DNA from: an uncultured Thermoplasmatales archaeon
GTDB lineage: Archaea > Thermoplasmatota > E2 > DHVEG-1
DNA: 64,000 bases
NCBI GenBank assembly: GCA_964618505.1
Contig: CAZUBH010000012.1
Coordinates: 2,288-66,287, forward strand
Direction of reading: 5' to 3'
In this document: positions 1 through 9,807 of the stretch, in pieces
Layout of the letters: each line of letters begins with the position of its first letter
How positions within the stretch are numbered: the first letter of the stretch is position 1
Translations under genes and position numbers: made by a program
Notes under the pieces: generated by a model
The model's database searches: none
Seen by the model: only the letters and a program-made list of their open reading frames with translations
What the model was told of the DNA's origin: nothing

Positions 1-1
1 T

Positions 2-109
2 GAATTAGATGTTATTATAAAAGAACTTAGAACGGCGATGTTTTTAGTTGGTGCAATTAATTTAGAGGAACTGGCAAATGTGGAAGTGGAATATGGATTT
101 AATGAATGA
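2..109 (+). CDS. 3' fragment of an upstream gene, probably isopentenyl-diphosphate delta-isomerase type 2; reads ...ELDVIIKELRTAMFLVGAINLEELANVEVEYGFNE*
   Basis: Open frame runs off the window start and ends TGA at 107-109. The C-terminal sequence resembles IDI-2 C-termini, and idi followed by GGPP synthase is a common archaeal arrangement. This is inference from context. Confidence 0.35.
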   Translation, partial: ELDVIIKELRTAMFLVGAINLEELANVEVEYGFNE

Positions 110-1076
110 AATTGGCTCAAGAGCAGATATTTTTAATAATTATTGGACAAAATATTTTCCTAACGATGAGCCTGAAACTCTTTACAACGCGGCAAAGCAC
201 ATACCATTTGCTGGTGGGAAAAGGCTAAGACCTGTTCTTTCTATGATATCTTGTGAAAGCATATGCTTAGAGTATAACCAAGTACTTCCCTTTGCAGCTG
301 CACTAGAAATAATGCATAATTTTACTTTGGTTCATGACGATATAATGGATAATTCTAAACTAAGAAGAAACATGCCTGCAGCACATATCAAATACGGCAT
401 ACCCGCTGGAATTTTGGCAGGGGATTATCTTTTCGCAAAATCATTTGATGCCTTACATGATTTAAATATTAATCTTGAAACCCTAAAAAGTTTAGAAAGG
501 GAATTTATTAGATGCATAATCGATATTTGCGAAGGTCAACAATGGGATGTGGAGTTTGAAAAAAGAAAAATAGTATCAGAAGAAGAATATATAAGAATGA
601 TAACAAAAAAAACTGCAGTTTTATTTAGGCTTTCATCTCGCGGAGGAGCAATAATTGGTGGTGCAAATCAAGATGAGATAGAAGCTCTGACAAATTATGG
701 TTTAAATTTAGGACTTGCTTTTCAAATATGGGATGATTATTTAGATTTGAGCAGTGATGCAGAAACCCTTGGAAAAGATATAGGAAATGATATTAGAAAT
801 GGAAAAAAGACTTTAATTGCAGTACATTCTCTTCAAAATGCTTCTGGCGAGCAAAAAGAAATTTTAAATGAGATATTTGGAAATCTAAATGCTTCTCACG
901 AAGAAGTAAAAAAAGTTTTCAATGTATTTAGAGAGCTAGGATCAGTGGGCTATGCAAAAGAGTGCGCAATAAATTATAATAATAAAGCAAAAGAACAAAT
1001 TTCAATTCTAAAAGATTCTGAAGCAAAGAATATTTTAAATGAAATTGCAGATTATTCGATAAAAAGAGAAAAATAG
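78..1076 (+). CDS. idsA: trans-polyprenyl diphosphate synthase (geranylgeranyl/farnesylgeranyl diphosphate synthase family)
   Basis: First aspartate-rich motif LVHDDIMD and second motif IWDDYLD are present. The FAGGKRLRP substrate-binding motif is present. The true start may be the internal Met at 93 or 102, which would avoid overlap with the upstream fragment. Confidence 0.85.
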   Translation: MWKWNMDLMNEIGSRADIFNNYWTKYFPNDEPETLYNAAKHIPFAGGKRLRPVLSMISCESICLEYNQVLPFAAALEIMHNFTLVHDDIMDNSKLRRNMPAAHIKYGIPAGILAGDYLFAKSFDALHDLNINLETLKSLEREFIRCIIDICEGQQWDVEFEKRKIVSEEEYIRMITKKTAVLFRLSSRGGAIIGGANQDEIEALTNYGLNLGLAFQIWDDYLDLSSDAETLGKDIGNDIRNGKKTLIAVHSLQNASGEQKEILNEIFGNLNASHEEVKKVFNVFRELGSVGYAKECAINYNNKAKEQISILKDSEAKNILNEIADYSIKREK

Positions 1077-1077
1077 T

Positions 1078-2793
1078 ATGTCTTCTAACAAGATATCTGA
1101 GGTTTCTAGAAAATATGCTCTTCAAAATGCAGTTCAATTTAATGGAAAAGCAAATCCAAAGGCAGTTATTGGAAAGGTTATAGCAGAGCTTAAAAGTGAA
1201 GGTTTTTCTCCAAGGAAAATTATTCCTATAGTAAATTTTACTATTAAAGATGTAAATAGTCTTTCTTTAAAAAAACAGATTTCAGAACTTGAAAAAATTG
1301 CTCCTGAAATGCTTGTAAAAGAAAAAAAAGAAAGAGATTTTTCTCTATCTGAACTTCCTTTTGCAGAAAAAGGCAAGGTAATCACTCGCTTTCCGCCAGA
1401 GCCCAATGGTTATCTACATATTGGTCATGCAAAGGCATCAATTATTGACTATGAATATGCAAAGATGTATGACGGAACTTTTATTCTTAGATTTGATGAT
1501 ACCAATCCTGATAATGCAAAGCTTGAGTTTTATGATGCTCAAAAAGAAGATTTGAAGTGGCTAGGAATAGAATGGGATAAAGAGTATCATACATCAGATA
1601 ATATTGAAAAGCATTACAAGCTTGCAGAAAAGTTAATTGAAAGTGGACATGCATATATCTGCAAGTGCCCACCCGAATTAATAAAAGAAAATCGTTTTCA
1701 CTCAAAATCATGCAGTTGTAAAGAAAGAGCATGCGGCGAAGCAATAGATTTATGGAAAGAATTGATTTCTTCAGGAGGAAGTAAGGGTGCAATATTAAGA
1801 CTGCATGCGGAAATGGGAAGTGCAAATACTGCTATGAGAGATCCCACTTTATTTAGAGTGACAGAATCAGAGCACCCGTTGAAAGGAAAAAAATACAGGG
1901 TTTGGCCAACATATGATTTTGCAGGCGCAGTTGAGGATAGTCTAAGCGGTGTTACACATCCTTTTAGAACAAAGGAGTATGAGCTGCGCGATCCTGTTTA
2001 TTTTAGAATTCTTTCTTTGCTAAATTTAAGAAAACCACATCTTATGGAATTTTCAAGATTATCAATTAACGGAATGCCTGTTTCAAAAAGAAAAATAAAA
2101 CCATTAATTGATCAAGGACTAGTCAAAGGTTATGATGATATTAGATTGCCTACGATACGTGGAATGAAAAAAAGAGGTCTTGTAGCTGGGGCTATAAAAA
2201 ATTTTGTGTTTTCACAAGGAATTTCTAAAGTGGAATCAATCGTAGATTTTAGTATAATTGAATCTTTTAATAGAAAAGTACTTGACCCTATAGCAAAAAG
2301 ATATTTTTTTGTTGCAGATCCAGTCAAATTAGAAGTAAGTAATGCCCCAAAAACAAATATTGAATTAAAACTTCACCCGAGCAAAGATCTAGGAATAAGA
2401 AGAATAGAAACAAAAAACGTATTTTTCATTTCAAAATCAGATTTGAAAAATATGAAAGAAAATACCCTCTTTAGATTGAAAGGATTGTATAACGTTAAAA
2501 TTGATAGAATTTCAGATGTTGTTAGAGCATCATACCAAGGAGAAGAATTAATACAAGAAAGCGAAAAAATCCAATGGACAACTGATGATTTTGTTGAAAT
2601 GAAGGTTTTCATACCCAAATTGATTTTTAAAAATGATACTTACAATCCAGATAGCCTAATAGAAAAAAGTGGTTTTGCAGAAAAATCAATTTTAAATGTT
2701 AAAGATGGTGAAATTATCCAATTTGAAAGATTTGGTTTTGTTAGAATTGAGAAAGACAAAGACAATTTAGTGGGGTATTTTGCCCATAAGTAA
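1078..2793 (+). CDS. gltX: glutamyl-tRNA synthetase, archaeal/eukaryal (GlxRS) type
   Basis: Class I HIGH motif (PNGYLHIGHAKAS) and a KMSKS-like motif (PVSKRK) are present. Length of 571 aa is typical of archaeal GluRS with a C-terminal anticodon-binding domain. Confidence 0.85.
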   Translation: MSSNKISEVSRKYALQNAVQFNGKANPKAVIGKVIAELKSEGFSPRKIIPIVNFTIKDVNSLSLKKQISELEKIAPEMLVKEKKERDFSLSELPFAEKGKVITRFPPEPNGYLHIGHAKASIIDYEYAKMYDGTFILRFDDTNPDNAKLEFYDAQKEDLKWLGIEWDKEYHTSDNIEKHYKLAEKLIESGHAYICKCPPELIKENRFHSKSCSCKERACGEAIDLWKELISSGGSKGAILRLHAEMGSANTAMRDPTLFRVTESEHPLKGKKYRVWPTYDFAGAVEDSLSGVTHPFRTKEYELRDPVYFRILSLLNLRKPHLMEFSRLSINGMPVSKRKIKPLIDQGLVKGYDDIRLPTIRGMKKRGLVAGAIKNFVFSQGISKVESIVDFSIIESFNRKVLDPIAKRYFFVADPVKLEVSNAPKTNIELKLHPSKDLGIRRIETKNVFFISKSDLKNMKENTLFRLKGLYNVKIDRISDVVRASYQGEELIQESEKIQWTTDDFVEMKVFIPKLIFKNDTYNPDSLIEKSGFAEKSILNVKDGEIIQFERFGFVRIEKDKDNLVGYFAHK

Positions 2794-2855
2794 ACTTTTT
2801 TAACTAATTTAATATATATAATACAAACTGGGATGTTTAAATAGGACGGGATGAA

Positions 2856-3536
2856 ATGCGTATTAGGTTAAAATTAGCCATAGCTGTTTTTTTAATTTTT
2901 TTACTATTTTCTATAAATAATGTTGCAGCATTATCGCTGAGACCATCAAGTTCAGAATTTGGGACTACAATGACTATTGTTATAGCTGCAATCGCACTTA
3001 TTATTGGTTTTTTCTTGTTTTCTGGCGGTGTAAAATATGTTACGGCCGATAATGTTCTTGATACAGAAATAAGAAAGAATCTTTATGAATATATTGATGA
3101 ATATCCGGGTTCACATCTGAGAGAGATTGCTAGAGAGCTTGATTTAAAACCAAGTAACGCAGCGTGGCATCTAAGAAAATTAGAACAAACAAATCTAGTT
3201 AGAAGCAGAAACATAGGCGGAAAACGAGTATACTATCTTGTTGAAGGTGGTATTGAATCTAGGAAAAGAGCTGTTGCAGAGTCGATTTTAAAAAATAAAA
3301 ACGCAAGATGTATTATGCAGTACCTTAACAACAATCCTGGAAAACACCTACTCGAGATTGCGCATTCTCTAAATCTAAATCATCATGTTGTAAAATGGCA
3401 TTTAAATAAAATGTTTGAAGCAGAACTTGTTGAAGGAGATACTACAAACTCCGCCTATCCAGTTTATTATCCAACAGAAATAGGTTCTGAAGCTTTAGAA
3501 AATCTTTCAGAATATCAAAAAGGGTCGGCATCTTAA
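2856..3536 (+). CDS. membrane-anchored transcriptional regulator with two tandem ArsR/winged-helix HTH domains
   Basis: There is an N-terminal hydrophobic signal/anchor and a second TM segment (TMTIVIAAIALIIGFFLF). Two repeats of an HTH-like block follow: LREIARELDLKPSNAAWHLRKLEQTNLVRS and LLEIAHSLNLNHHVVKWHLNKMFEAELVEG. Confidence 0.55.
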   Translation: MRIRLKLAIAVFLIFLLFSINNVAALSLRPSSSEFGTTMTIVIAAIALIIGFFLFSGGVKYVTADNVLDTEIRKNLYEYIDEYPGSHLREIARELDLKPSNAAWHLRKLEQTNLVRSRNIGGKRVYYLVEGGIESRKRAVAESILKNKNARCIMQYLNNNPGKHLLEIAHSLNLNHHVVKWHLNKMFEAELVEGDTTNSAYPVYYPTEIGSEALENLSEYQKGSAS

Positions 3537-3805
3537 ATTCTGCCGACATCGACTACTTCAACATTATCAATATTTTCAATTTTTGAAAGTGTTTCAATTA
3601 CCGGATCTAGTCCACCTTGATCATCAGGAACAGATACTGTAACATCAACGCCTTTCAAACCAAAAGCAATATTTTTAACTTCAACTTTTCCAAGTTTTAC
3701 CGGTGATTTTATGAGTTTTCTTACGTCATTTATTACTCTTTCTATTTTATCGTCTTCTAATACGCCATCTGGCATCATTCGTATGAGTGCTATAACCTCT
3801 CCCAT
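3533..3805 (-). CDS. ef1b: translation elongation factor aEF-1 beta
   Basis: About 90 aa, starting MGEVIALIRMMPDGVLEDD... and ending ...IDNVEVVDVGRI, as archaeal EF-1beta does. A GGAGGT Shine-Dalgarno sits 5 nt upstream of the ATG at 3805. The longer ORF-track start at 3838 would overlap the upstream zinc-ribbon gene. Confidence 0.8.
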   Translation of the reverse strand: MGEVIALIRMMPDGVLEDDKIERVINDVRKLIKSPVKLGKVEVKNIAFGLKGVDVTVSVPDDQGGLDPVIETLSKIENIDNVEVVDVGRI

Positions 3806-3818
3806 AGTGTTTACCTCC

Positions 3819-3983
3819 TTATGGACCTGTAAAATCACATTTTGAGCATTTATATGTTATACTTTGCTCTCTGCAATTGCTACATCTGCCGATAATTTCT
3901 TCGCATGATGGACATTTAAATGTGGTTGAACCTCTCTCTAAAAGGCCTTTTCCACAGGTTGTACAATTTTCTGCCTTTTGCAT
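3819..3983 (-). CDS. small zinc-ribbon protein (C4 type, about 54 aa) upstream of EF-1beta
   Basis: Hand translation of the minus strand gives MQKAENCTTCGKGLLERGSTTFKCPSCEEIIGRCSNCREQSITYKCSKCDFTGP*. It carries several CxxC pairs and is not in the ORF track because it is shorter than 60 aa. A small Zn-ribbon gene next to EF-1beta is a conserved archaeal gene pair. Confidence 0.6.
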   Translation of the reverse strand: MQKAENCTTCGKGLLERGSTTFKCPSCEEIIGRCSNCREQSITYKCSKCDFTGP

Positions 3984-4044
3984 AGGATGAGCTGAATAAC
4001 ATATCTTATATTAAAATGTGACGTCTCCTTAGACTCAGAAAAAC

Positions 4045-5157
4045 TTATTTTTTAATTCTCTCAAGTGAAAAGGAAGCAACAGATTTAAAAATCCTATATT
4101 GAAATATTGCGCCAGCAATCAAATTCATATGATAAGATATGAATCTAAATAGTAAAACAAAAACTCCGGTTAGAGCAATCAGTGCTTGATCATAGTTTAG
4201 ATAATTTAAGATAGGATGCCCTGCGGAGGTAAGAGAAGCACCTATTATAATTCCAAATAGGCCAGCCATTCCAAGTTCTGTTACTCCGCTACTACCAGGA
4301 GTGGTCGGGAGCATGACAATTATTATAAGTATAATTTGTGCCGCATATGATAAAATAATGTACGGTTGAAGTCCTAAACCTAGCAATATCAAAGAAGGGA
4401 TCATAAATCCAGTTGACCAGAGAAGTACTGTCAAAACGCCTGCTTTTAAAAATGCTAATTTTCCTTTGCTAAGATAGAAAACCATGCCTTCATGAAAGTT
4501 ATCAACTTCGTTGTTTATTTTTCTGATGAGTTTTGAATCAATACTTTTTTTCTTGGTTAGCTTACTTAGTTTTTTGCTTATGAAGATGATAAATGATTTT
4601 GTTTTGTCTGGATATTTTATTGTGTATGCAAAAAGTGCAATTGCTGCAACAAAAAAACCTACTGCTACAGTTAAAGCCAGATTCAACACTTCAATATCAA
4701 TTAAATCCTTAAATATAAAAAATGCAAAAGGAAAGCAAATTAGTAAAAATATTGCATCTAAAAGTCTCTCACCAAGAACAGCTGCAGTTGCTGAACCAAG
4801 GCTTAAGCCATCTTTATTTAGTAAATGAATTCTAACAGGTTCTCCACCTGCCATTGAAGGAGTAATTGCGCCTAAAAATAGATTAGCGATCACAATTTTA
4901 GTTGACTCCCACAGGCTAATTTTTGTTTCATCTGTGATTGAATTGCTGAGAGTTCTTAGTCTTGCCCCCCATATAAACCAGTAGATAATATTAAAAATCA
5001 ATGCGACAAAAAAGAATTCGTATCTGATCTTAACTTGAGATAAATATTTAAAAGTATTCCTGTCAAATGTTAGGTATAAAATTAGAATAATTATTGCGAT
5101 GCTTATTATTAGGCTTATAATAATTGGTTTTTTTATTGTTTTTTCCTTTTCGGCCAC
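4045..5157 (-). CDS. integral membrane protein, flippase-like domain (UPF0104 / lysyl-PG synthase TM-region family)
   Basis: About 8-10 TM helices are apparent. The GGEPVR-type motif (MAGGEPVRIHLL) is typical of this family. Confidence 0.5.
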   Translation of the reverse strand: MAEKEKTIKKPIIISLIISIAIIILILYLTFDRNTFKYLSQVKIRYEFFFVALIFNIIYWFIWGARLRTLSNSITDETKISLWESTKIVIANLFLGAITPSMAGGEPVRIHLLNKDGLSLGSATAAVLGERLLDAIFLLICFPFAFFIFKDLIDIEVLNLALTVAVGFFVAAIALFAYTIKYPDKTKSFIIFISKKLSKLTKKKSIDSKLIRKINNEVDNFHEGMVFYLSKGKLAFLKAGVLTVLLWSTGFMIPSLILLGLGLQPYIILSYAAQIILIIIVMLPTTPGSSGVTELGMAGLFGIIIGASLTSAGHPILNYLNYDQALIALTGVFVLLFRFISYHMNLIAGAIFQYRIFKSVASFSLERIKK

Positions 5158-5300
5158 ACATAGGTTATTTTGGCATTATTTATGTTTGTTTTGGTAATAA
5201 AAAACCATTGGGCCCTCTGTAGTAGGTAATAAGTAGTAATCAACTCCTTAAAAAATATTTAAATAATAGTTGTTCTTATATATTTATATAGGGAGGAAAA

Positions 5301-6482
5301 ATGAATACAGTTCTTATATCCAAAAGGGGAATTGTAACTATTGTGGTAGTTTTATTTATATTAATGAGTTTTCCTACAGTTGCTACTGAAAATAAAGTTA
5401 TTAAAAAAAGCATCACCAGACAAAGAAACGATACATTATACGTTGGTGGTTTAGGACCAAATAATTACACAAAAATACAAGATGCAATTGATAATGCTAA
5501 TAATGACGATACAGTTTATGTTTTTGATGATTCTTCCCCATATTATGAAAGAATTAGAATTAATAAAACAATACTTTTAAAAGGTGAAAATAAAAATACA
5601 ACAATAATTGATGGAAATTTATGCGACAATGCAATAATAGTACTGCAATCTTCTGATGTAATTATTACCGGATTTACTATCAGGAATTGCGCTGAAAATT
5701 TTGAATTTAGTGGTAGTGTATATGTGTATGATGACAACGTTAGTATTTATAATAATATAATTGAAAATAATGGAATTTGTGGTATTTATGTAAGTGATGG
5801 CATTAGAAATACTATCATCTCAAATAATGTAATAGTCAACTCAACTATGGGAATTCTGCTTAGATATGAAGGTTTTAATAATACGGTAATAAATAATAAA
5901 ATTTCATCAAGTGAATATGGAATTCTTATAAATTGTTTAGGATTTAATATCTCTAATAATGAATTGTTAGAAAACCAATATGGGATTTATGCTGCATCAC
6001 TTGGCAAAACCGACAATTATATTTGTAATAATTATCTATTAAATAATACTGAAATTGGCATAGGTATTGAATCATCTACATCATTTTGTTTAGCCTCAGG
6101 TAATAAAGTTAAGAATTCATACAGAGGCATCACAATAGAATCAGGAAAAAATAATACTCTGACAAGAAATATTGTAACAAATTCTTTTTATGGGATTTCT
6201 GTCGGTTCATCATCAAATTTGAAAATTATTGAAAATAGTATCATAAATTCGACTTATGGTGTTATTACCTCTGGTTCTGAAAATAAGATATTTAGAAACA
6301 ATTTTATTAATAACTTAAGAAGTGCCTCATTTAGAGGAAGAGAAACGCAATGGAACGAAAATTATTGGGATGTGCCTAGAAATTTTCCTAAGTTAATTTT
6401 TGGTTATACCGGCCTATTTGGATTAATACCATGGATAGAGGTTGATTGGAATCCTTCTAATGAGCAATACGATATTATTTAA
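5301..6482 (+). CDS. secreted or surface protein with right-handed parallel beta-helix repeats (NosD/pectate-lyase-like fold)
   Basis: N-terminal signal peptide is present. Many about 22-residue repeats occur with the pattern NN.I..N...GI.....N.I.NN. Paralogue of 23256..25085. GGGAGG RBS lies at 5291-5296. Confidence 0.65.
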   Translation: MNTVLISKRGIVTIVVVLFILMSFPTVATENKVIKKSITRQRNDTLYVGGLGPNNYTKIQDAIDNANNDDTVYVFDDSSPYYERIRINKTILLKGENKNTTIIDGNLCDNAIIVLQSSDVIITGFTIRNCAENFEFSGSVYVYDDNVSIYNNIIENNGICGIYVSDGIRNTIISNNVIVNSTMGILLRYEGFNNTVINNKISSSEYGILINCLGFNISNNELLENQYGIYAASLGKTDNYICNNYLLNNTEIGIGIESSTSFCLASGNKVKNSYRGITIESGKNNTLTRNIVTNSFYGISVGSSSNLKIIENSIINSTYGVITSGSENKIFRNNFINNLRSASFRGRETQWNENYWDVPRNFPKLIFGYTGLFGLIPWIEVDWNPSNEQYDII

Positions 6483-6498
6483 TTTGGCGTGAAATAAA

Positions 6499-7473
6499 AT
6501 GAAGAATAGCTTAATTGTAAAATGCCTTTCTGCAATATTTATCTTATTAATTATTGGAATATCATTTTCTTCGTGTATCAAAGCAAATATTGCTAAAGAT
6601 TTAGAAGGTGAAAATAAATTTATTGAAATTACGGCAGAAATCTCTGGATTAGATGGATCCACATCAAATAAAGTTAAATTAACAGAAGAACAATCCATTG
6701 AGTTAAAATTAATAGTAAACAAAATTAAAAATAGGTTGAGTACGACGAGTACAGAAGAAGAAACAATAGAACTATTTAATAGTGCTATTGAAGAATTTAA
6801 TAAATATGGATTGCTCGGCGAATTGACTGTAGAAGAAGCGCAAAACCTTATAGTGACTAAATATAAGATTCAAAATAATATAAATCAATATTTTAATATT
6901 CTAACAGGGAAACAAAAAAGTAACGAAAATTATTTATGCCTAGTTGCAGGCAACACCACTGAAACATCTTCCTATGGATTAATTTGGAGAAATAGTATTC
7001 GGTTATTAAAAATACCTGCATATATTTTTCTCGAGTTGTCTGAGTTTTTTGAGAATAATGGTTTGATATATCTACTAAATTTAATTACAGTCCTAGTTGG
7101 ATTACCAACTGCAATTTGTTATTACTTAATTCCTTTTTTGGGTTTTTTTGTAAATTTAAATCCCTTACTTTTGGGTGGGACGATATGTATAGGCAGAACG
7201 TCAACTAGTTTGTTTGGCGCAGTAAATCATCATCCTTCTGATGGATGGATACATACTATTGGATTAAATGGAAATAAAAATTGGACTGGACCATTTTATG
7301 GGCAACTGCCAATTCAAGGAGCTATGTGGTTTGCATTAATAATCGGTTATGATTTTTATCCAGGGATATTTGGATTTACAGGAATTAAAATTAATCAATT
7401 ATATGACCCATCATCCTCATTCTATCTTGGTTCAGCTCTTTGGGCAGGAATTGGACCAGATAGACCTAGTTAG
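6499..7473 (+). CDS. hypothetical membrane protein
   Basis: N-terminal signal/TM segment, a central hydrophilic region and a C-terminal hydrophobic block with Gly/aromatic residues. No recognisable motif. Confidence 0.3.
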   Translation: MKNSLIVKCLSAIFILLIIGISFSSCIKANIAKDLEGENKFIEITAEISGLDGSTSNKVKLTEEQSIELKLIVNKIKNRLSTTSTEEETIELFNSAIEEFNKYGLLGELTVEEAQNLIVTKYKIQNNINQYFNILTGKQKSNENYLCLVAGNTTETSSYGLIWRNSIRLLKIPAYIFLELSEFFENNGLIYLLNLITVLVGLPTAICYYLIPFLGFFVNLNPLLLGGTICIGRTSTSLFGAVNHHPSDGWIHTIGLNGNKNWTGPFYGQLPIQGAMWFALIIGYDFYPGIFGFTGIKINQLYDPSSSFYLGSALWAGIGPDRPS

Positions 7474-7620
7474 AAAATAAAGAGAAAAAAATGAATATTA
7501 AAATATTATCCAGATGCATATTTGCGGTAGTAATGTTATCATTGGTTTAGACACCACCTATTTTTAGTGACAAAAAACCTTATGTGTTAGATACTAATAC
7601 TGTGGACTCATCGTTGTCAT

Positions 7621-8571
7621 ATGAAATACCTACCGATTTCAAAATACGCAAAAACTCTTTACTATGCGGCACAAAACAAGATTGCAGGAGAAAGTATATA
7701 CCCATTCTATGCTTCTTACAAAGTAACGCACAAATGTTCACTAAGATGTGAATTTTGTAATGTTTGGATGGAAGATACTCCTGATCTAAAAAAGGATAAC
7801 GTTTTCAAAGTAATAGATAATATCGCCAACTCAAGTATCGTTGTATTAAGTCTCGAAGGTGGAGATCCTTTAGTAAGAAAAGATTTAGGGGAAATATTAG
7901 AATATGCTCACAAAAAACCATTTTATTTGTTTTTTACAACAAACGGTCATTTACTGGAAAAAAGACCAATGAAAGAATATGGAAAGCACATTGATTACTT
8001 GCACATAAGCATAGACGAGGGACACGATAATTTAGAATTTTTTGATAATTTGGAGTTGTACCAAAGCTATGGTCCAGAAATTTGCGTCCAGATAGTAGTA
8101 ACAAAAGATACAATGCCTGCTATGGAAGACAAAGTAAAACGTGTTTTTGAAGTAGGGGCAAGAACTGTAATAATGCCAGCTTGTCATTTAGATGGCACCG
8201 ACGATTTCTATCCTGACCCAAACGAATTCAAAAATGAAATTATAAGACTGAAGAAAAAATATCCAAATACTATAACAACGCCCAAAGGATTTTTAGATAA
8301 TATAAACAAACCTCATGGTTGCTCGACATCATCAGTTATTATAGATTCTGATGGCGGCTTATTTTATCCTTGCAGAACCATAGGAAAAAGAATTTTTAAT
8401 TTTACTGAAGGATCTTTTATGGAATTTTTAAAAACAGATAAAGCAAGACAAGCAAGAAAAGATATGCAGAATTGCAACAGAGCCTGTGGCTGGTATCAAT
8501 ATTTTGCAACAGATGTGTTTGCCTCGCCAAAAACGATTGGTTCTTCTCTTAGCCCATACCTTTTCAAATAA
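7621..8571 (+). CDS. radical SAM enzyme with C-terminal Cys-rich (SPASM/twitch-like) region, in the glycosylation cluster
   Basis: CxxxCxxC motif in KCSLRCEFCNVW. A GDP glycine-rich stretch (LEGGDPLV) is present. C-terminal cysteines are in CSTSS...YPCRT...QNCNRACGW. Confidence 0.65.
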   Translation: MKYLPISKYAKTLYYAAQNKIAGESIYPFYASYKVTHKCSLRCEFCNVWMEDTPDLKKDNVFKVIDNIANSSIVVLSLEGGDPLVRKDLGEILEYAHKKPFYLFFTTNGHLLEKRPMKEYGKHIDYLHISIDEGHDNLEFFDNLELYQSYGPEICVQIVVTKDTMPAMEDKVKRVFEVGARTVIMPACHLDGTDDFYPDPNEFKNEIIRLKKKYPNTITTPKGFLDNINKPHGCSTSSVIIDSDGGLFYPCRTIGKRIFNFTEGSFMEFLKTDKARQARKDMQNCNRACGWYQYFATDVFASPKTIGSSLSPYLFK

Positions 8572-8639
8572 AATTATTAAGTTCAGTAAAATTATTTATT
8601 AAACAAATTATTCTGGTGATACTTTGGATCTAGATTAAT

Positions 8640-9803
8640 ATGAAAATATTGTTTACAACAGAATCTTATTATCCCATTATTGATGGTGGAGCAATAGCAC
8701 AACATAGGATAGTCCATGAGCTAAAAAAAAAAGGCCATGATGTTAGAGTTATTGCGCCTGGATTTAAATTTAAAAACTATCAAGAAGATGACAATGGCTC
8801 AATAATCTACAGAACAAGAGGAGTGACCTTACCATTTTACATGAATAGCAAATATAAACTTGCACCTTTTCCTTTTTTATTTGTTAGAAAAATCATTAGA
8901 GAGTTCAAACCCGACATAATAAATGTCTGCTCCCCCTATCCTATTAGCCTGTCTGCACTTCTTCTGGCAAAAAAATATAAAATTCCTGTTGTTGGTTCAA
9001 TTCATATTTTACCTGAAAATATTTTGGCACCTTTAATGAAATATAAGTTTTTTAAAATTATTTTAAACATTACTTGGCCGTATCTAACATATTTCTACAA
9101 TATTGTAGACTGGGCAACAGTGCCAACTCAAACAGGAGCAGAAATCTACAAAGAAAGAGGATTAACTTCCAAGGTAACTCCAATATCAAACGGAGTCGAT
9201 ACAAAAACATTTAAGCCAAACAGAAATTGCACATATCTAAGAAAAAAGTTTAACTTGCCAAAAGAAAACATAGTTCTTTACACTGGAAGGATAAATCAAG
9301 AAAAAAATTTAGATGTTTTAGTAAATGCAATTCCTGATGTTTTAAATAAAGTTAAAGCTCATTTTTTATTCTGTGGTTCGGGCGGACTTAAGCCTGAAAT
9401 TATAAAACTTACAGAAAAATTAAATGTTTCAAAAAACACAACATTTATCGATTTTTTAGATTGGGAAGACTATCAAAATATCTATTCTATCGCAGATTTG
9501 TTTGTAATGCCGGCCGAATCAGAATTGCAAAGCATTGTAACATTAGAAGCAGTAGCATCGGGACTTCCAGCCATCGTTGTAGACAAGGGAGCAGTTCATG
9601 AGCTTGTCAGCATGCAGAACGGTTTGGTTTTTGAATCAAAAAATAGTTCCCAACTTGCAAAATGCATTATAAAAATACTAAAAGATAAAAAATTAAAAGA
9701 AAAAATGCAGAAGAACAGTCAAAAATTAATTAAAAATCATAGTTTAAAGTCAGTAGGAGATCAGTACGAAAAAGTTTATAAAAGTCTTTTAACAGAAAAA
9801 TAA
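8640..9803 (+). CDS. glycosyltransferase family 4 (GT-B, Glycos_transf_1)
   Basis: Typical GT4 architecture with the C-terminal E-x7-E-like region (MPAESELQSIVTLEAVASGLPAIV). Confidence 0.75.
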   Translation: MKILFTTESYYPIIDGGAIAQHRIVHELKKKGHDVRVIAPGFKFKNYQEDDNGSIIYRTRGVTLPFYMNSKYKLAPFPFLFVRKIIREFKPDIINVCSPYPISLSALLLAKKYKIPVVGSIHILPENILAPLMKYKFFKIILNITWPYLTYFYNIVDWATVPTQTGAEIYKERGLTSKVTPISNGVDTKTFKPNRNCTYLRKKFNLPKENIVLYTGRINQEKNLDVLVNAIPDVLNKVKAHFLFCGSGGLKPEIIKLTEKLNVSKNTTFIDFLDWEDYQNIYSIADLFVMPAESELQSIVTLEAVASGLPAIVVDKGAVHELVSMQNGLVFESKNSSQLAKCIIKILKDKKLKEKMQKNSQKLIKNHSLKSVGDQYEKVYKSLLTEK

Positions 9804-9807
9804 GAAT

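Noticed and set aside
4511-4828. 105-aa plus-strand ORF inside the 4045..5157 membrane protein gene. The same issue applies to 10457..10852, 13312..13572, 16114..16371, 17068..17328, 22477..22683, 26741..27022, 30603..30911, 32180..32449, 32779..33009, 42909..43325, 44412..44756, 57964..58299 and similar ORFs.
   Set aside because: These are antisense or alternate-frame ORFs fully nested in longer genes that have clear family motifs. In an AT-rich genome such ORFs arise by chance, and their translations are low-complexity or hydrophobic junk.
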